A DNA stretch of 62,913 bases, counting the filler, from Olpidium bornovanus S191 (lineage: Eukaryota > Fungi > Olpidiomycota): NCBI GenBank assembly GCA_017911155.1. It is 30 parts of 30 records of this genome, joined end to end, with 100 filler letters (N's around TTAATTAATTAA, not from the genome) between each part and the next. Parts side by side here need not be neighbours in the genome. Positions count along the whole stretch, not along the records: positions 56,928 to 58,404 come from JAEFCI010000505.1; positions 58,505 to 60,983 come from JAEFCI010008653.1; positions 61,084 to 62,913 come from JAEFCI010008163.1; 27 more parts are not named here. One strand, 5' to 3'. How positions within the stretch are numbered: position 1 is the first letter of the stretch; each line of letters opens with the position of its first letter. The notes under the pieces were generated by a model, which did no database searches, was not told the DNA's origin, and was given only the letters and a program-made list of their open reading frames with translations. The position numbers and the translations under genes are program-made. Shown piece by piece: positions 58,066 to 62,913 of the stretch.

Positions 58066-58353
58066 GTCGGCTCGTCGGCGGCCCGCGCATTCTCGGCGCG
58101 TCCCGCCCCCGCGCGGCGGCGGCGTCGGCGTCGGGAGGGCTGCACACCGCAGCACGAGCGGCGCTGGTTCTGGGCGTCGTGCTCCGGGCGGCCCTCTGGT
58201 GGCGTGCAACGGTGCGGTGGTCCGCGGAGGCGGTGGCATTGGGCGCCGTTCCGAACCGACGGGATGCGGGGAAGTCCGACGGGGCCGGCGGAGATCGCGG
58301 GTGCACGCGTGCGGATCGGGCGGTTCGACGGAGTTGCGCGCGCGCGTCAACGC

Positions 58354-58389
<36 letters not shown>

Positions 58390-59457
58390 GTTTCCACGTT
58401 TCGCNNNNNNNNNNNNNNNNNNNNNNNNNNNNNNNNNNNNNNNNNNNNTTAATTAATTAANNNNNNNNNNNNNNNNNNNNNNNNNNNNNNNNNNNNNNNN
58501 NNNNCATGAACGTATAATTATTCGAAGGCGAATTGCCTGTTACAGACTTCTTTTTACTTTTTTTGGAGAGAGAAAACCGGGGGCCCTGCGCACCGCTAGA
58601 TCTGGACGGCCTGCTGCTGCTCGCCTCTGTCCTGTGCTCTGCCGCTTTTCCTCCCCCAACCGCCTATTGTTGGATTTCCAGGAACAAGCATGTCTTGTTG
58701 TTGAAAAATCAATGTCGTGACCTACGCTACTTCCAAATGGATTCGGGTCTGGAAATTAACCAGATATTCCGATTTGAGGTTCCATTATTGCTGGAGCACG
58801 TGCACCCGCTCCAACGTGACCAGCTAAGTCGTTTGATATACCAGTGGGCGTGCCTGGCAAGGCTTCATTTGGAACTTGGCGTTCAATTGGATCTTCCTCG
58901 GGCGCATCACTTTTGTGCCTTAAAACCGTTTGCGTAAAGCAGACGGCTTGAGAATTCAAATCCCCTGTACCACACAATGCGTGCAGCGCCCTGCATATGG
59001 CACTTATGCAAGGTTTATCTACATCTTCTTCGTGGGTTGCGGAATATCCTCGTCGGGCATCTCCACCCGCGAGCGCAGCAACCGGTCGGCATCCACTGGG
59101 CGGTGGCGCGCGCGTGAACTTCATCCTCGCGCAAGGCAGTCGAAACAAGCGTCTTCCTCCAGCGTCAGAAGTGCAGTTTGACGGCACGTGGGAAAAATGT
59201 AGAATTCCTGGCCGCTGATCATTTCTAAGACCTTTCAAGCGCCCCAAGCCTCTGGCATCCTCTAACGCCGGGCATTTTTATTAAATTTTCTACGCATGTT
59301 GTATGTGACGATGCCTGCGCGCAACCGTTGTCGGGAACGCAATCGGAGAAAGGATTTTATTGCAGTTCAGTCACGTGACCTAAGATTGCACCGAGCGGGA
59401 TGCTCCTCGGGAAAGCCGCCCGCCACAGCCTCCAAAGATCGCCGCCGCCGCCGCCAG

Positions 59458-60828
59458 ATGCTTCCGCGGAGAGACGAACCACACGGTGACGGGGGTCGAT
59501 CGGCCCTCCAGTATAACACGATGACTCCCGTGCGTACGCCCGGTGCGCAAGCCCCGAGCGGGACGCCGGGCTCCGAGCAGCTCCATGTGCTTATGTCCGC
59601 CGGCGAGGCCCTTGAGAGACAAAGGAAGGCGGCGAAGCAAGCTGCGTGGACAGTGGGGCCGTCTGGAACTGGCGGCGCGTCCCGGCCGCTGGCGCCGCCG
59701 TGGGCGTTCCCACTGCTGCAGCGGACGGCCGAAGGGAATGCTCTGGAGCCGCGACCCCGGGTGCCTGCGACATCCCCCTGCACCCGGCGATGCGGGAGTC
59801 CGGTTCCTGACGGTCGACGTCCCAACGACGCGCAGTGCTCGTCGGCGACGCACGGTTTCGTGCTGGTTCCTGAAGCGTGCGCCGAGCGCGGCACTTGTCG
59901 CCATCGGGATGCGCGTGCAGTGGAGGTCAGCAACGTGACAGTCAAATGCACCGCAGAGGCACAAAATCCCAAAGCGGGAGACGCCGATCTGGAAGCTGAG
60001 CGAAATGGCGACCGCGCTGGCCACGTGGACGACGTTGTGAAGGGGCCTGCTGTTGGCAGACGTAATATCCCACACTGTTTATCGGGGTACGCAACGTTCA
60101 TGGAACGGATTTGGAGGCTAGGCGCGGGCTTTACGCGCAGCTGTTTACGGTCGTGGCCTTCTCACAGCCTGCTTCTACCATTTTAATCTTTTTTTTTTCA
60201 TTTTTTTTCTATATTTTAGCGAGACTATCAACCACAGTCTCGAATACGCCCCACCGCACGGGGTACGAAAAAAAAAAATTTTCGGAGCAAAGCCTTCCGA
60301 CGGTTTTACTACCTTGTGACTTACGCCAGCACGCGTTCCTCAAAGGTGGATATGACCGTGGCTACATGCTCCGACCATAATGAGGACGCAAAACTAGCTA
60401 CCAGACACGACATCGAACCGGCTGATACAACAAGTGCTTTCCTGCTATTATCGGGTATCCGACCTGCAGTACGATTGCCGCGTACGGTGCGTCCTGTGCG
60501 CAGACCAGCCCGTCGCAGCGCGTCCTTTCAAGCTGACAGCCCGCCTGCTACCACGGTGCCGTTATGTAAGGCAAGCGCGAGCAGTGTGATCAAGAAGAGT
60601 GACGCAGCTTGTCAAACGTCCTCTCCATGGGTTTACGGGGACGTGACGCGCCAGCGCGCAGATCGCGTTGACGACGATGAATGCCATCACCTCCTGTCGT
60701 GCGTAAGGCTGCTTGAGCAAAAGCTCGCTGCGCTACAAGAGGTGATTAGAATCCAGGAGCATTGGCTCGGGAACTCGCAATCGTCGGAAGCCTGCGGCAA
60801 CGGACCGGCCGACGGATTACTCGCGCGG
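59458..60828 (+). CDS. Hypothetical multi-exon protein with a short coiled coil
   Basis: Long ORFs bounded by ag/gt sites; LLSCVRLLEQKLAALQEVIRIQEHWL; donor cgcg|gtgagt at ~60828. Confidence 0.35.
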
Positions 60829-61544
60829 TGAGTCGATATCTTTTCCCTCGTGGGAGGGCTGCGATAAGGTGTGCAACGTCCCTAAACGAGAGCCTTATTC
60901 AATTGCGGAGTCCCTCAGATGGCGAAAGGAGGTTTTTGACCAGTTGCTGCAACGCCGGATCGAGGCGGAAACGTTTGAGCATGNNNNNNNNNNNNNNNNN
61001 NNNNNNNNNNNNNNNNNNNNNNNNNNNTTAATTAATTAANNNNNNNNNNNNNNNNNNNNNNNNNNNNNNNNNNNNNNNNNNNNATGGAGGTCTTGCGAAT
61101 TTTTCGGCGACAATGGGCCAACCCGGCCCCTGTTTTTGGAGCGTTCAGAGGCGGGAGGGGGGGGGGGGGGGGGGGGGGCTATGGGGAGCCGGAGCGCGGC
61201 CGGGCAAGCGTCGGTTAATTGCTTAAATCGCTAAGAATCTGGAAGAATCAGGGTAAAATCAGTGCTGATCTAATTGGTTGCTAACCATCCGGATTTTGCA
61301 CGAATTCACCGCGGACGTGTTCATTCTCATAAAAAAGATTTGAAATAACTCCGGTTTTCAGGGAGGAGATGCGATTTGCGTGGAGGGCAAAAAATGGTGA
61401 GTTAAGAGTTGCCGCACCATAAGTGTTCCCTCACTACTGGCCTTTCCCGAGCTAGCTAGCTCGGTCATAGATGCGCTTTAGTTTACAGCGCTCTGATTGC
61501 ATTTGCACAGGTCGATCCCTCTCTCGGTCTCGGCTACTATTTAA

Positions 61545-61560
61545 TACCTATATAGATTTT
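61545..61560 (+). promoter_or_regulatory. TATA-like element upstream of the 61953 ORF
   Basis: tatttaatacctatatagat about 400 bp upstream of the ATG, before a C-rich leader. Confidence 0.3.
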
Positions 61561-61952
61561 CCCGGCAGATCCCCCTTCTCCCCCCCCCCAGCCCCCCAGC
61601 CCCCCCACCCACGAAACCCCCCCCCAAAACACACTCCAGCCCCCCAGTCCCTCCCCAGGTCCCTCCCCCCCCCCAACCCCGAAACCAAAAAAAAAAAAGG
61701 CTGAGCTTTGCTGCTGCCCAGTCGTCGAGGCAGCAAGTCGCGCACACCACCGCTCACGCATTCCTCGTCGACCCCGTCGCACATTGTTTGTCCGCCCCTC
61801 TCGTCACCCGGGTCGTTTGGCTGATGCTTCACCCTCGGCACGTCATTGCCCCGTGCCCGTCTCAGCCTCTCAGGTCCTCCCCCCCCGCCGCACCCCCGTT
61901 CTTCCAGCAGTCGTCCACTTCCCCCGGCTTCGTCCGTAATAGTTGACCGAAC

Positions 61953-62828
61953 ATGCAGGCTGACCCTTTACTCCGTCTCCGGTCTCTGCAGCAAAACATG
62001 CTCGACCGCTCGGTGTTCGCGTACCAACCCGAAGGTGACCTCGAAGTAGGCCGCTTCTACGACTGGCCAGGAAGTGCCGAAGAAGAAGGGTCTGGCCACA
62101 TGGTCGTTGTGATATCCGCTCCACCAGCGATGTTCAAGGATACCGCTGTGCTAAGGGTCACTAGCTTCACACGAAACGGGCAAAGCCGGTGGATAACACA
62201 AGCGTTGGCGGGCCGTCTGCAACGTCGTCTGTATCACCTGCCTCTGGGCAACACGCCCCAGACGGAGTTCACGAACCCCCTCCTGGATCCCATTACAACG
62301 GCAAACCCGTCGGCGTTTGGTACACCATCCTACCTGTACGTGGGGAGAAGCTACAACGTCCGCCCAAACGAGCTCCGTCGGTTGCGCGCAGACAGGACCA
62401 TGCCGACTCGGCTCTCTTTCCCAGAACTTTGCCGGGTGCGGCGCCTTCTCTTTGCTATTATGTCCGGGTATTCGCCGTTTCCTGCCGTTCGCGCGGCGTC
62501 GCTTCCTCCTCCGTCGCCTCCGGAGACTGCGCCGGGTCACCAGCTGCTCGCAGCGCCTGCCCCGGATGCGGCCCGTCCGAACCAGGATGGCCGCCAGCAG
62601 GGTCCCCGCTTGTCGTATGCGGCCGCTGTGCAGCAGCCGACGGAGGGCCTGTCGGATGAGAGCGACGAATGGGAGGAAACGCAACTCTACCGTCGCTGCA
62701 GGGAGGCCGATTTAAGAAGCATCCGGGAGGAGATGGAGTTTAACGCCCGTAATTTGCAAGCCTACGATGAGGCTATGGATGAAGAGATCGCCCATGGGGA
62801 GGGTGAATTACACTACTCCTCTTTGTGA
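61953..62828 (+). CDS. Intronless protein with a PemK/MazF-like N-terminal domain, Pro-rich linker and acidic tail
   Basis: Complete 291-aa ORF: LEVGRFYDW...GSGHMVVVIS...DTAVLRVTSF...RLYHLPLG.TP...PSYLYVGRSYNVRPNELRRL follows the PemK strand order (G+..W / RP.VV.S / V.V.PITS / S.V...Q..T....L). Confidence 0.6.
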   Translation: MQADPLLRLRSLQQNMLDRSVFAYQPEGDLEVGRFYDWPGSAEEEGSGHMVVVISAPPAMFKDTAVLRVTSFTRNGQSRWITQALAGRLQRRLYHLPLGNTPQTEFTNPLLDPITTANPSAFGTPSYLYVGRSYNVRPNELRRLRADRTMPTRLSFPELCRVRRLLFAIMSGYSPFPAVRAASLPPPSPPETAPGHQLLAAPAPDAARPNQDGRQQGPRLSYAAAVQQPTEGLSDESDEWEETQLYRRCREADLRSIREEMEFNARNLQAYDEAMDEEIAHGEGELHYSSL

Positions 62829-62913
62829 GATGCATATGAGATTCGGTGTGACTGACTGCCTAAGTTACCGGTTAGCGTTGACCTTTTTCGGCGAAGAGGA
62901 CGGCGCGGAACTG

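Noticed and set aside
1-62913. Prokaryotic origin, operons, rRNA or tRNA genes
   Set aside because: Spliceosomal introns and eukaryote-specific genes occur throughout. I recognised no rRNA or tRNA gene; the GGGCTCATAACC matches are retroelement PBSs, not tRNAs.

Overview
This is not one continuous locus. It is about 30 short eukaryotic contigs (1-4 kb) joined by 29 identical artificial 100-bp linkers (44 N + TTAATTAATTAA + 44 N), so adjacency across linkers has no biological meaning. The DNA is GC-rich, intron-dense and full of homopolymer runs. The genes are fungal-type (YPK1/gad8, trifunctional TRP1, byr4, cwf11/AQR, NUG1, ETR1, GAC1-like, VPS13, NHX1-like, APC11, NSP1, CE9-like amidohydrolase) and include the axonemal glutamylase TTLL9. 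That combination points to a flagellated, early-diverging fungus (inference; Olpidium-like). Many Ty1/copia, Ty3/gypsy and Harbinger remnants are present. Highlights: (1) a C-terminal exon with an RA-domain end plus a SARAH-like helix, i.e. an animal-type RASSF/Hippo-adaptor architecture; (2) an intronless PemK/MazF-like ORF with an acidic tail that might act as a fused antitoxin; (3) an LTR element pairing a copia PBS and protease with a gypsy-type capsid; (4) a frameshifted TRP1 copy fused into a copia integrase (possible LTR-mediated gene capture); (5) copia remnants resembling the plant Bianca lineage; (6) 19 of 58 contig ends fall exactly at CATG. All homology calls come from motif recognition by eye, not database searches.
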